A stretch of DNA of 64,000 nucleotides from Anaeramoeba ignava BMAN (taxonomy: Eukaryota > Protista > Anaeramoebae). Positions 50,389 to 61,903 of the stretch are shown here, piece by piece. The position numbers were made by a program, and so were the translations under genes. A model generated the notes under the pieces. The model searched no databases and was not told where the DNA came from. It saw only the letters and a list, made by a program, of their open reading frames with translations. Location of the stretch: contig JAPDFW010000059.1 in the NCBI GenBank assembly GCA_028826165.1, positions 620,001 to 684,000 of the forward strand, written 5' to 3'. Position 1 is the first letter of the stretch; every line of letters begins with the position of its first letter.

Positions 50389-52019
50389 TTAATTTTGATT
50401 TTGATTATTAAATTTCTTAATTAATAAATCAAATAAATTTGGATTTGTTTGATTTAATTGAAAATAATCAATTCCAATTTGAATTTCATCAATAATTTCT
50501 TGTGTAATTTGAATTTCATCTTTAATTTGATTTGAATAAATCCAATATTCAAATATTTGAAATGATTTATTACTTAATTCACTATAATCTGTAACTTTAT
50601 TAGATTTATCATTTGTTACAGATAAAAACATTCCTCGATATAATTCACTTCTCATTATTAATATTAATTTTGGAAATTTATATTGTTTTTCTTTTCTTTC
50701 AATTATAAAATCTTTTTCATTTTCATTTTCATTTTCATTTAAATAAATTCTTTTCATTGTTTCTTCAATTTTTTCATTTGAATTTATAATTTCTTTAATT
50801 TCAGAATATAATTTTGGATTTATTATTCTGTTTGAATAAATCATTTCAAATATTTGATTTGATTCTTTAATTGATTTTTTTGAAATAATTTCTTGAAGTT
50901 TTTCATTTTGATTTTCATTTAATCTATATTTTAATATTAATTTATGAGCTTCAATTATTTCTCCATTTTTGGTTTTAAATGAAATATCACAAAATTCTTT
51001 TCTTTCAAATAATTTTATCAAATCTTCTTCAAGATTGGAAAAAGGAGAAAGAAAAGGAGAATAATAAAGAAATGATCTGTAATCTCCACAATAAATATGA
51101 TAATTGGAAATATCTTCACTAAATCTTAATTTAGGAAGTTCAATTTGAATTGGAATTAATTGATTCTTTGAGTTTTAAAATCAAAGTATTAACATTTCCA
51201 ACAGAAATATCAAGAATATTATCATCATTTTCAAATAAAGATGATTTGATTTCAGTAAATTCATCGCTATCTGTATATTGGCCAAGTCCATTAACTACAT
51301 AATCTCCAGTTGAATAAAGTTTTCTTTTTGTTTTAAATTCAACCAACATTATTGAATGGAAATATCCACATTGAATATCAATTATTTTACCTTTTGGAAT
51401 ATTTTGGATTTTGGTTAATTTATGGATTTTTTTTTCTTCTTTTCTTGATTTTCCTAATCCAAGTTTACTATGGTTATTATCACCACATCCAAATAATTCT
51501 TGATTTGAATTTAAAAGAAAAACAGAATAAGAAAAGGTTCCTGAAAATATTTTAGAAACATTTTTCATCATTAAAATTGGTTTTTTTGTTTTATCAAGTG
51601 TTTCAGAATCAAAACTAAATTCAGTAGCAGTATTATCACCAATTCCATAAGCATTTTGATTTGAAGTTAATAAGTAAATTGAATGAGCTCCACAAACAAT
51701 ATCTTTAATTATTCTATCATTTTTATCTTCAATTAATGATGAAATATTGATAAATTGATTTAGATTATTTGGATTAATATCTTTTCCTTTGGCAAATACA
51801 TTTCCTTCTTTTGTTAAAATAGCTTCATTTCTATAACCAACAGTTACTTTTTGAATATTTTCAATTTGGATTTTTTCTTCTTTTTCATTTAAATTTGTTT
51901 TAATTTTCATTTTCATTTTCATTTTCATTTTCAAATTTAAATTGAATTGGTTTTTATTTTGGTTTATTTTTGAAAAGTTTTGGAGAAGCATTTAAACCAA
52001 AAAATATAATTTCATTCAT
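50389..52019 (-). pseudogene. RCC1-BTB-BTB copy B, disrupted (early stop ~51955, deletions ~51895 and ~51170)
   Basis: ATG at 52019 (MNEIIFFGLNASPKLFKNKPK*); propeller half frameshifted, BTB half intact. Confidence 0.8.
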
Positions 52020-52069
52020 TTTTGAAAAAGAAAAAAATGAAAAAATAATTTTTGATTTTAATTTTAATT

Positions 52070-53700
52070 TTAATTTTGATTATTAAATTTGTTAATTAAT
52101 AAATCAAATAAATTTGGATTTGTTTGATTTAATTGAAAATAATCAATTCCAATTTTAATTTCATCAATTATTTCTTGTGTAATTTGAATTTCATCTTTAA
52201 TTTGATTTGAATAAATCCAATATTCAAATATTTGAAATGATTTATTACTTAATTCACTATAATCTGTAACTTTATTAGATTTATCATTTGTTACAGATAA
52301 AAACATTCCTCGATATAATTCACTTCTCATTATTAATATTAATTTGGGAAATTTATATTGTTTTTCTTTTCTTTCAATTATAAAATCTTTTTCATTTTCA
52401 TTTTCATTTAAATAAATTCTTTTCATTGTTTCTTCAATTTTTCATTTGAATTTATAATTTCTTTAATTTCAGAATATAATTTTGGATTTATTTTGGAATT
52501 GTTTGAATAAATCATTTCAAATATTTGATTTGATTCTTGAATTGATTTGTTTGAAATAATTTCTTTAAGTTTTTCAATTTCATTTTGATTTAATCTATAT
52601 TTCAATATTAATTTATGAGCTTCAATTATTTCTCCATTTTCGGTTTTAAATGAAATATCACAAAATTCTTTTCTTCCAAATAATTTTATCAAATCTTCTT
52701 CAAGATTGGAAAAAGGAGAAAGAAAAGGAGAATAATAAAGAAATGATCTGTAATCTCCACAAGAAATATGATAATTGGAAATATTTTCATTAAATCTTAA
52801 TTTAGGAAGTTCAATTTGAATTGGAATTATTTGATTTTGTATCTCCAGTTCCTAATTGACCATGTTAAAATCAAAGTATGGTTATCTCCAACAGAAAAAT
52901 CAAGAATATTATCATCATTTTCAAATAAAGATGATTTGATTTCAGTAAATTCATAAGTATTTTCATTTTTGCCAAGTCCATTATATCGATAATATCCACA
53001 TGAATAAAGTTTTCTTTTTGGATTTTGGTTTTCATTTTCATTTTCAATCAACATTATTGAATGAAAATATCCACATTGAATATCAATTATTTTACCTTTT
53101 GGAATATTTTGGATTTTGGTTAATTTTTGGATTTTTTCTTGCTTTCTTGATTCTCCTAATCCAAGTTGACCATATTAAATAATTCTTGATTTGAATTTAA
53201 AAGAAAAATGGAATAAAGAATTTCCTGAAAATATTTTAGAAACATTTTCATCATTAAAATTGGTTTTTCTGTTTTTAAGTGTTTCAGAATCAAAACCAAG
53301 TTGACTGAAGTTAATAAATAAATTGAACTATCTCCAGAAACAATATCTTGAATTATTCTATCATTTTATCTTCAATTAATGATGAAATATTGATAAATTC
53401 TTTGGCAAATACATTTCCTTCTATTGTTAAAATAGCTTCATTTCTATAACCAACAGTTACTTTTTGAATATTTTCAATTTGGATTTTTTCTTCTTTTTCA
53501 CTTAAATATTCTATTGCTTTTCCATTTTCAAAAAGGAAAATTATTGAATTATTTCCTGATAAAATTTGTTTAATTTGTTTTTCATTTTCATTTTCATTTT
53601 CATTTTCAAATTTAAATTGAATTGGTTTTTTTATTTTATATGGTTTATTTTTGAAAAGTTTTGGAGAAGTATTTAAACCAAAAAATAAAATTTCATTCAT
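52070..53700 (-). pseudogene. RCC1-BTB-BTB copy C, heavily disrupted (deletions ~53400, ~53306, ~53176, ~52863 plus homopolymer indels)
   Basis: Fragments 53353-53700, 52827-53054, 52423-52692 and 52070-52426 are collinear with the intact copies. Confidence 0.82.
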
Positions 53701-53833
53701 TTTTGAAAAGAAAAAAAATGAAAAAAATAATTTTTAATTTTGATTTTGATTTTAATTTTGATGTTAATTTTGATGATTAAATTGTTTTGGATTTGAAAAG
53801 AAAAAAATCAAAAAAAAAAATCAAGCAAGAAAA

Positions 53834-56821
53834 TCATCTTGCGAAAACATCTTCAGTCCAAGCATAGAAATCATAACCATCATCAAGTTTAGGCGCAGTT
53901 TTTGAGATGTAATCGATATCATGGTCATCCATAACAAGTTCCATTAAGTCTTTCTTAGCGACTTTAAAACCACGATTAATCAAAATGAATGAGTTGATGA
54001 TTTCGTCTTTTGTATCAGTATCACCGAAAATGACGATCATAAAGTCCTTGAAGCGCTCATAGGAGATTTCATTACCATCACCGTACTCCTGCATTATCTT
54101 GGCAATTTCCTTAGGGGAGCGTTCCTCACCGAGAGAATAAAGACAAGCAGTAAGTTCTTTTCTGTCAATAGTGCCGGAATTATCGAAATCAAATTGTTTG
54201 AAGTTTTCTTCGATTTCCTGCATTTGTTCCTCAGTGATGCCTCGGAGTTTCTGGTGCTCGATTTCCTCCTCAAGCATTTTCTTCTTGCGTGTCAAGAAGA
54301 TTTCAAATTGTTCAAATTGAACAAGAACGTCTTTAAGCGTTAGACTTGTGTGTCTGTTATTTTGGATTCCTTTTTTTTCCATCTCGTCCTGAAGGGATTT
54401 AAGCGGGTCAAGCTTTTTCTTTTCGCTTGGGATTGATGAGATGTTTTTGGTGACAAAGTTGAGTTGGCCTTCAAGAGTGTCTTTTGAGATTGTAATTTTG
54501 TCTTTTTGTTCGGAAATCCATTTTGAAAACGGTTCGGCCATTTGCGCAAATTTCTTGCACAGCGCGTCGTTGTCTCTCTGGCGCTTGAGCTCTGCGTCGT
54601 AAGCGGACTGTCTGTCTGAGATGGCTTTTTCTAGCGAGCGAAGTGCGGATTCTGCCTGGTTGAGATCGTATGTTGAGTAGGGGTTTTCTGTGACAGATAA
54701 AGCGTCCATTTGTTTTTTAGTTTTTTGGATCGCTTCTTTTTTTTTATTTGCTTGTGAACGTGCGTCGGTTGTGAGTTTTTCGAGAGTTTTCTGGTAGTTT
54801 TCGACCTCTTCGAGAGTGAATCCGAAGTCATGAAGACCTGCATCTTCGATAGCGAATTTCATGAATTTAAGATAGTCGCTTGAGAGATCGGCGAATTCAA
54901 GACGAAGACGTTCTTTTTCTTGTTCGGTTGCAAGTGAGTGATCGAGATACTTTTTTTTTTCTTGAGCCAAAGTAACGAATTCTTCAAGCGCTGCGTTGAT
55001 TGTGTCGTGTCTGTCCTGGATGTCCTGTAGCTTGTCTGCGCCGAAGCTCTTGTTCTGGTACTGTCGCAGATCGAAGATGTATTGGGAAAGATTCGACTCG
55101 TATTTCATTCCCATGATTTCGTTTCCAAAACGGACAAATTCATTGATTGTTGTTTTTTTTGATGTTTCAATATCTTTTTGGGTTGAGTCGAAAATATTCA
55201 GGTATTTTCTTGCTTGATAAACAGAAGAGATCTCCTCGTGCGTTTGGAGATTTGTTCTTTTGGACTCTGCCCATTCGTTGATTTTGTCGAATTGGTTGTG
55301 GTGGTTGTCGTTGAGTTCCTGGACATGTTCAATGAATTCTTCTCTTTTCAAATGGTCATCAAGAATGACTTTTTTTTGCTTAGCCAAGTCGTTGAGAATT
55401 TTGAACTTGCTGTCAACATCTGCATCTCTTGATTCGATGTGTTTCTGATTTTCGTATTTCTCTTTTTTAAGCTCTGCAGAAAGACTTTTAAGCTTAGCAA
55501 CGCCAGTGGCGATCATTGAAGCGTTTTCCTTAACGACACCGTCCAAAATTCTTAATGCCAATTGGGCTTCTGAGACGGAGCTGATTTCCTCGCGGATCTC
55601 GAGGTATTCTTGCTTGTCCTTGCAGTAATCCGCAATTTTGTTGTATCGCGATTCGTGCTGCTGTGCAAGATTCACAAGTCGTAATTGTCGGTTGAGTTCG
55701 GCGTGAAGCGCGATTTTTCGCTCCTTCTCGCACTCTTCCAAATGAAGCATATCTTGCTCAACTTCTTTCAATGAGCACCCCTTTTCTGGCTTGAATTCGG
55801 GGCGTTTGTGGTGTGCAAGACGCATTGCTAGATTGTTGTAATTTGACTCCAAATTGAGCTGATCCGAAATCAACGAACTTTTGTCTTTTGCTTTATAATC
55901 ATAGAACTCTTCCAAACGTCTTTTTGCGCCTGCCATTGTGTTGTCGATTGTGCGGTCTTCAAGAACTTTCTCGACTTTCTTGAGAGTTGCCTTGAAGTTT
56001 CTTGCTGTTTTGTTGTATTCAGCTTTCAAACGGTCGTTCTCCTTTGTTAATAGAATTAACTTCTTAATTCTTCTGGCTGCCAAATCAAGTTTTCTTTGCT
56101 CCGCAATTCCGTAATAATACTCACTGACATAAACAACCATTGAATTTTCGTCGAGTCTTCTAATTTCATCAGGGGTTATATACTGTTCCAAAGCGAAGTA
56201 TTTCTCTGCGGCATCTTGGGCGGTTTTTAACGTCTTTATTGGATCGCTTGAATCAAGACTTTCCCAGTCGATCATCTTGGGTCTGTGCTTGTGGATGATT
56301 GCGCACAAGGCCATTCCGTCTGCAAAACTTTTCTTAAAGTCCGTTATTTCAACGCCTTTATATCCGGCAGTTTTGTTTTTGCACCACATCAACAACGCAT
56401 CCTTTGCGTTAAGTGCCTCGCCACCGCTGCCGTCGTCGATCTTGATGTACTTCATCATAATAGCCCAGACCAATGCAAGCGTCCCTCTTTGATCCCCTTT
56501 TTCAAGTTGTTCTGCTGACGGCTTCACTTTCATGTCAACCCCTTTGCTCCATGCGAATTTTAATCCGTTGTTTAGGTTGTCGATACGGTGAATCGACATC
56601 TTTGGCTTCGCTACGTACTTTCCATCGTACTTACTTTCACTTAGAACTTCTATTAAGTTGATGAGCAATACTCCATCTTTAATGTCTTCTACTACATCGT
56701 TAACTTGTATTTCTGGTCGTGTGCGCAGTAGTTTTTGTTTTACCCATCGTGAAAAGATTTTTCGTTGCAATCGAACCCAATCTTGATTTTTTGGTCCTGC
56801 AGTTCTTCCTGTTCTTGACAT
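53834..56821 (-). CDS. ACTN: Alpha-actinin-like protein (CH-CH, spectrin-like rod, EF hands), 995 aa, intronless
   Basis: WVRLQRKIFSRWV, DIKDGVLLINLIEVLS, AKDALLMWCKNKTAGY..ITDFKKSFADGMALCAIIHKHRP, GITEEQMQEIEENFKQFDFDNSGTID. Confidence 0.95.
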   Translation of the reverse strand: MSRTGRTAGPKNQDWVRLQRKIFSRWVKQKLLRTRPEIQVNDVVEDIKDGVLLINLIEVLSESKYDGKYVAKPKMSIHRIDNLNNGLKFAWSKGVDMKVKPSAEQLEKGDQRGTLALVWAIMMKYIKIDDGSGGEALNAKDALLMWCKNKTAGYKGVEITDFKKSFADGMALCAIIHKHRPKMIDWESLDSSDPIKTLKTAQDAAEKYFALEQYITPDEIRRLDENSMVVYVSEYYYGIAEQRKLDLAARRIKKLILLTKENDRLKAEYNKTARNFKATLKKVEKVLEDRTIDNTMAGAKRRLEEFYDYKAKDKSSLISDQLNLESNYNNLAMRLAHHKRPEFKPEKGCSLKEVEQDMLHLEECEKERKIALHAELNRQLRLVNLAQQHESRYNKIADYCKDKQEYLEIREEISSVSEAQLALRILDGVVKENASMIATGVAKLKSLSAELKKEKYENQKHIESRDADVDSKFKILNDLAKQKKVILDDHLKREEFIEHVQELNDNHHNQFDKINEWAESKRTNLQTHEEISSVYQARKYLNIFDSTQKDIETSKKTTINEFVRFGNEIMGMKYESNLSQYIFDLRQYQNKSFGADKLQDIQDRHDTINAALEEFVTLAQEKKKYLDHSLATEQEKERLRLEFADLSSDYLKFMKFAIEDAGLHDFGFTLEEVENYQKTLEKLTTDARSQANKKKEAIQKTKKQMDALSVTENPYSTYDLNQAESALRSLEKAISDRQSAYDAELKRQRDNDALCKKFAQMAEPFSKWISEQKDKITISKDTLEGQLNFVTKNISSIPSEKKKLDPLKSLQDEMEKKGIQNNRHTSLTLKDVLVQFEQFEIFLTRKKKMLEEEIEHQKLRGITEEQMQEIEENFKQFDFDNSGTIDRKELTACLYSLGEERSPKEIAKIMQEYGDGNEISYERFKDFMIVIFGDTDTKDEIINSFILINRGFKVAKKDLMELVMDDHDIDYISKTAPKLDDGYDFYAWTEDVFAR

Positions 56822-56949
56822 TTTCTTTTAAATTTAATTTGAAAAAAAAAATGAAAAAAATTTTTTTGCTTTTTTTTTTTTTATTTTTTTTTTTGCTTTT
56901 TTTTTTAAATTAAAAAATAAATTAAAATAATTAAATTAAAATTAAAATA
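56822..56949. promoter_or_regulatory. Putative 128-bp bidirectional promoter alpha-actinin/GAPVD1
   Basis: Head-to-head ATGs at 56821 (-) and 56950 (+); back-to-back poly-A and poly-T tracts. Confidence 0.5.
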
Positions 56950-59900
56950 ATGTTAAAAGGTGATGAATTAATTAAATTACAAGAAAGTTTAAAAAAAGAA
57001 CAATTTTGTACAAAAGCTGGTAATTAAATTCAACAACAATTTTATCAACAATTTTAATTCAAAATTTATAATTAAATTTATAATTAAATTTATAAACAAT
57101 TCCTTAATAAATTTATTTCAAAATTTATAATTAAATTTATAAACAATTTTATCAACAATTTTAATTCAAAATTTATAATTAAATTTATAAACAATTTCAA
57201 TTCAAAATTTATAATTAAATTTATCAACAATTTCAATTCAAAATTTATAATTAAATTTATAAACACTTTTATCAACAATTTCAATTCAAAATTTATAATT
57301 AAATTCATAAACAATTTTAATTCAAAATTTATAAACAATTCCTTAATAAATTCATTTCAAAATTTATAATTAAATTTAATTATAAATTTATAAACAATTT
57401 CAATTCAAAATTTATAATTAAATTTATAATTAAATTTATAAACAATTTCAATTCAAAATTTATAAACAATTTCAATTCAAAATTTATAAACAATTCCTTA
57501 ATAAATTCATTTCAAAATTTATAATTAAAAGAACAAGATTCTCTTGATAAAATCAGACAAAAAGCTCAAGAATTAGCATTTCAATTACAAAGTGATATAG
57601 CAGAATGTACAAATATGAATCGATTCATGGAATCTTTAACACCAAGAAATATTTCTTCATTTCTTCTTTCTCCTGAAAATTCTCATCCTTGGAAAGTGAA
57701 ACTTTACGATCCATTAGAATCTCCTTTTTCAACTGTTCAAAAAAATGTATTTTTAAAAGACAAATTTCAATTTAATTTCAATTTAATTTCAATTTTCAAT
57801 TTAATTTATTCATTTATTAATTAATTATTATTTAAAGAGATATCAACAAATGCTTCGTTTATTACGTTCAAATATTCCTGTTCTTATTGAAGCTATTTCT
57901 TTTCCATCTGTTTTATCTCTTGAATGCACTGAAATTTTATCACATTCTGCAATTTTTTCAGTTTTTGGAAATTTAATTAATGATGAAGAAGAAGATCAAT
58001 TTCTTTTATTAATTCAAGTAGAGATTAAATCCAAAAATCAAATTCAAATTCAAATTTAAATTCAATTCAAAATTAAATTCAAATTCAAATTCAAATTCAA
58101 AATCAAAATCAAAATCAAAATCAAAATCAAATTCAAATTCAAAATCAAAATTCAAATCAAAATCAAATTCAAATTCAAATTCAAATTTAAAATTAAAATT
58201 AAATTCAATTCAATTTTAAAATTAAAATTAAAATCAAATTCAAATTCAAATTCAATTCAAATTTAAATTAAAATCAAAATCAAAATCAAAATCAAATTTA
58301 ATTCAAATTCAAATTCAAATTCAAATTCAAAATTCAAATTCAAATTCAATTCAAATTCAAATTCAAATTCAAATTCAAAATCAAAATCAAAATCAAAATC
58401 AAAATCAAAATCAAAATCAAAATCAAAATCAAAATTCAAAATTCAAATTCAAATTCAAATTCAAATTCAATTTCAAAATTAAATTCAAATTCAAATTCAA
58501 ATTCAAATTCAAATTCAAATTCAAATTCAAATTCAATTCAATTCAATTCAAATTCAATTCAATTCAAATTCAAATTCTAATTCCAATATTCAATTTAAAA
58601 TCAAATTCAATTCAAATTTAATTCAAATTCAATTTAAAATCAAATTCAATTCAAATTTAATTCCAATATTCAATTTAAATTCAATTCAATTCAAAATCAA
58701 ATTCAAAATCAAATTCAAATTCAAAATCAAAATCAAATTCAAATTCAAAATCTAAATCAAATTCAATTCAAAATTAAAATCAAATTCAATATAAAATTCA
58801 AATTCAAATTTAATTTCAAATTCAAAATCAAATTCAAATTCAATTCAAATTTAAATTCAAATTCAAATTCAAATTCAATTCAAATTTAATTTCAAATTCA
58901 AAATCAAATTCAAATTCAAATAAAAATTAAAAATTAAAAATTAAAAATTAAAAAAATCTAAAAAAGGGATCAATGGAAAAACAATTACAAACTCTTCCTG
59001 ATCCTAAAAAATTACTCTCTGAAAATAAATTACTAAACAGAATAATCTCAGCTTTCTCAAAAAGCTCTTCTTGTTACAATTATTTATTCTCAAGTTTACG
59101 TCAACCTCTCATGTCCGTTATTCAAGACACTTTATTTGATGATGTACTTCTCATCTTTATCCTTTTATTATCAAAATAATTTAATATAATTTAATTACAA
59201 AAATCATCTTTTTATTTATTTAGCTTACTTCTCAAAATTTCCAAGAAAAAGACAAAGAAGGAGAAAGTAAAACAACTTATATTTAAATTTTTAAATGAAT
59301 TTTTCATTTTCTTTTTAAATCAAATTTTTTCCCAATTTTCTTTAGTTTCGGGAAAATTAATTTCTTACGCTTCAGAAATTTTACGCTCTCTTGAAGCAAA
59401 ACTTTCATTAATGCCTTATGGAATCCGTTGGATTTGCAAATCAATTAAAAAGTATTCATTTCTTTTTAAATAATATAATTTTATTTTCAATATTCAATTT
59501 TTAATACAATTTTTTTTAGCTTCTGTATTAAATATAAGAAGAAAAGCTCCATTATTAAATCAATCGCAGATTTCTTTTTTGTTAGAGTAATTACTCCTGC
59601 TGTTGTTTCTCCAGGGTATTAAATTACATTCTTAATCAAAACAAAAATTTTTTATATTTTATTATATTTTATTATATTTTATATTTATTTAGTAAGTAAA
59701 AAATAATCATCTTTTCAAAACATTCATTAATTTTCCTCAACTTTTTATTTCTAGAACGATATGGAATTGTTACTGAGGTTTCCATATCAAAATTTCATCG
59801 ATTTAGTTTAACTCAAGTTAATATTTATTATATCTATTCTTTCAAATTAAAAATTAAAAATTTAAAATTAAAAATTTGAAAATTAAAATAGATTGCTAAA

Positions 59901-61903
59901 ATATTAATGAGTATGTGTTATGGAACAACAAGTCTTAGAACTTCAAATATTTCTGAGAAAAAATTACAATCTTTAACAACAGATATTTCAAAGTTTTTTG
60001 AACTTGTTGTGAATATTTCAGACCGAATGAATGATGAATCTGAAGAAAAATATGAAGGAATTTCAAAAGTTTGTTTTTTTTTTTCCAAAAACAAGACAAG
60101 AAAAAAAATTTATTTAGTTGATTTCAATTTAATTTAATAGCAAGAATATGAATTTCTTGTAAACATGAAACCTCATGCAAGATCAACTTTGATTTCGCCA
60201 AATGATTTATTCTCACTTCATAATTTATTAGATGAATATTTATCATATCTTCTTAGCAATGACCCAGATAATCCAATAACCAAAAATGCACTTATGGAAT
60301 TAATTGTTAAAATGGGAAAACCACCTGCTTTTCTTCCCGAATCTCGCAATAAATATTTATCTATATCCTTGTCTTATTCACTTCCAACACTTCCAAAATT
60401 AAAAGAGAAAGAGCAAATTCAAGAGAAAAAAAGCCATTCGGTTGTTCTTGATACACTCGAGCAAATTGATGAATTCGGAACTGCTTTTCAATCGCAAGAT
60501 GAAGAGCTTATGAAAGATGCTGAGAAAAAATTGAGACAAACTTTATGCAATCTTGATTTTTTTGATTCTGAGAAATACAAAGGAAAAAATTTTACTGAAA
60601 TATTAAAATCAGAAAAAGAAATTGCTTATGCTTCTCGATCTCTTCTTGTTGCTTGCCAACTTGATTCTTCATTGAGAATGCTTGAGCAAATGCCTTCTAT
60701 TTTTAAAAATACAGAATATCGACCATTAATTTGGAAAATGAAGAAAGTAAAGATTTTTCTTTTTATCGAGCATTTCATGTTTTTGGAAAATTTTCTTTAC
60801 ATTTATTTATTTATTTATTTATTTAGGAATTTAATAATCGTCAAGAAAATTTAAAACAGTTGTTGAGAAGCAAACATGAATATCAACTTGTTATTAATCA
60901 ATTAGAAGAACTTTTAAAACAAACCCAATTTAGAAAAGAACTTTTTAATAACTTTATTATATCTCTTGTTGCTAATTTCTTTATTGATGCTCACGATCTT
61001 GAATTGGAGGCAATGAGACAATTGATTTTACAAGCAAATACTGTAGAAGAACTTGAAAAAGGTGTTATTCATTTTTTTGAAAACACCCAAATATTAATTA
61101 AAACACATCAAATTACTTCATCTTTTTCAAATTCCCATTTAACTTCAATATTATCAATTATTGAAAATTATGGGTTTATATCCATTTATAATGAGTAAAA
61201 CTAAATTAAATTATTTAAAATTTAGAATTTAAAATTTTAATTTTCATTTATTTAAAATTTTAGTTTATTCTGTCCTGAGTTTATTCGTTCTAAATCTCAG
61301 TTTCAAGATGAGCAATTTCATTTAGCTATTGAAAAATTAAAAAAATTAAATCCAATTCAAATACTTGGAATTTCTAAAGATTTATCAAAACCTTCAATTT
61401 GGAGTTTTCCATTAGAAGGTTTGATTTTTAATATTAATTTCAAAATGAATTTTAATTTTAATTTCAAAATGAATTTTAATTTTAAATTTTTTAGAATTAT
61501 CTGCTTTAAATCTTTATAAATCTCCTCTACTTAAAATTGCTTGTCTTTCAAAATGTACTGAAACAGTTGATATTATCCTTAATTTTAATTCTTTCACAGA
61601 TGATAATCAATTGAGAATAACCATTTTAGTAAAAAAAATTAATCAATTAATTTAAAAAGAAAATTCACATCTTTTTATTTTCTTTAAAAAAAAAATTGAA
61701 AGGTTTATGTTATAATTCTTTCAAATCCACAAAATCTTCCTTCTAATATTTCTTTTATTGAAATGTTTGTTGATCGAGAAATAATTGATCCAAAACAAGA
61801 ATATTGGTTCACAATTTTTAAAACAGCTTTTGCTTATTTACAAACATTAAGCAATGAAGAAAATTCAAAAAAAGTTCGATTTTCACAAACAGAAATTAAA
61901 TGA
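56950..61903 (+). CDS. GAPVD1: RasGAP + VPS9 domain protein (GAPVD1/Gapex-5/RME-6 like), ~14 exons; large introns 57020-57531 and 58018-58966
   Basis: Spliced N-terminus MLKGDELIKLQESLKKEQF..E|QDSL, YQQMLRLLRSN, SVFGNLINDEEEDQFL, DPKKLL, YLFSSLRQPLMSVI; RasGAP MPYGIRWICK, FFFVRVITPAVVSPE, LTQ|IAKIL; VPS9 YKSPLLKIACL, VYVIILSNPQNLPSNISFIEMF, EYWFTIFKTA. Confidence 0.85.
57022..57530 (+). repeat. Intronic AT-rich minisatellite (units such as TCAAAATTTATAATTAAATTTATAAACAATTTCAAT, ~24-48 nt)
   Basis: Imperfect tandem units built from 12-nt blocks fill GAPVD1 intron 1. Confidence 0.85.
58030..58950 (+). repeat. Intronic (AAATTC/AAAATC/AATTC)n array
   Basis: Fills GAPVD1 intron 58018-58966. Confidence 0.9.

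Noticed and set aside
54340-56661. Small overlapping ORFs within alpha-actinin and within 12457-15464
   Set aside because: Expected by-products of higher GC content in alternative frames; no motifs.
53834-56821. Lateral transfer as the cause of elevated GC
   Set aside because: Alpha-actinin is a eukaryote-specific gene and its GC fades gradually into the flanks.
57022-57530. CRISPR-like array or standalone element
   Set aside because: No unique spacers; it is a minisatellite bounded by GT (57020) and AG (57531) that splice GAPVD1 in frame.
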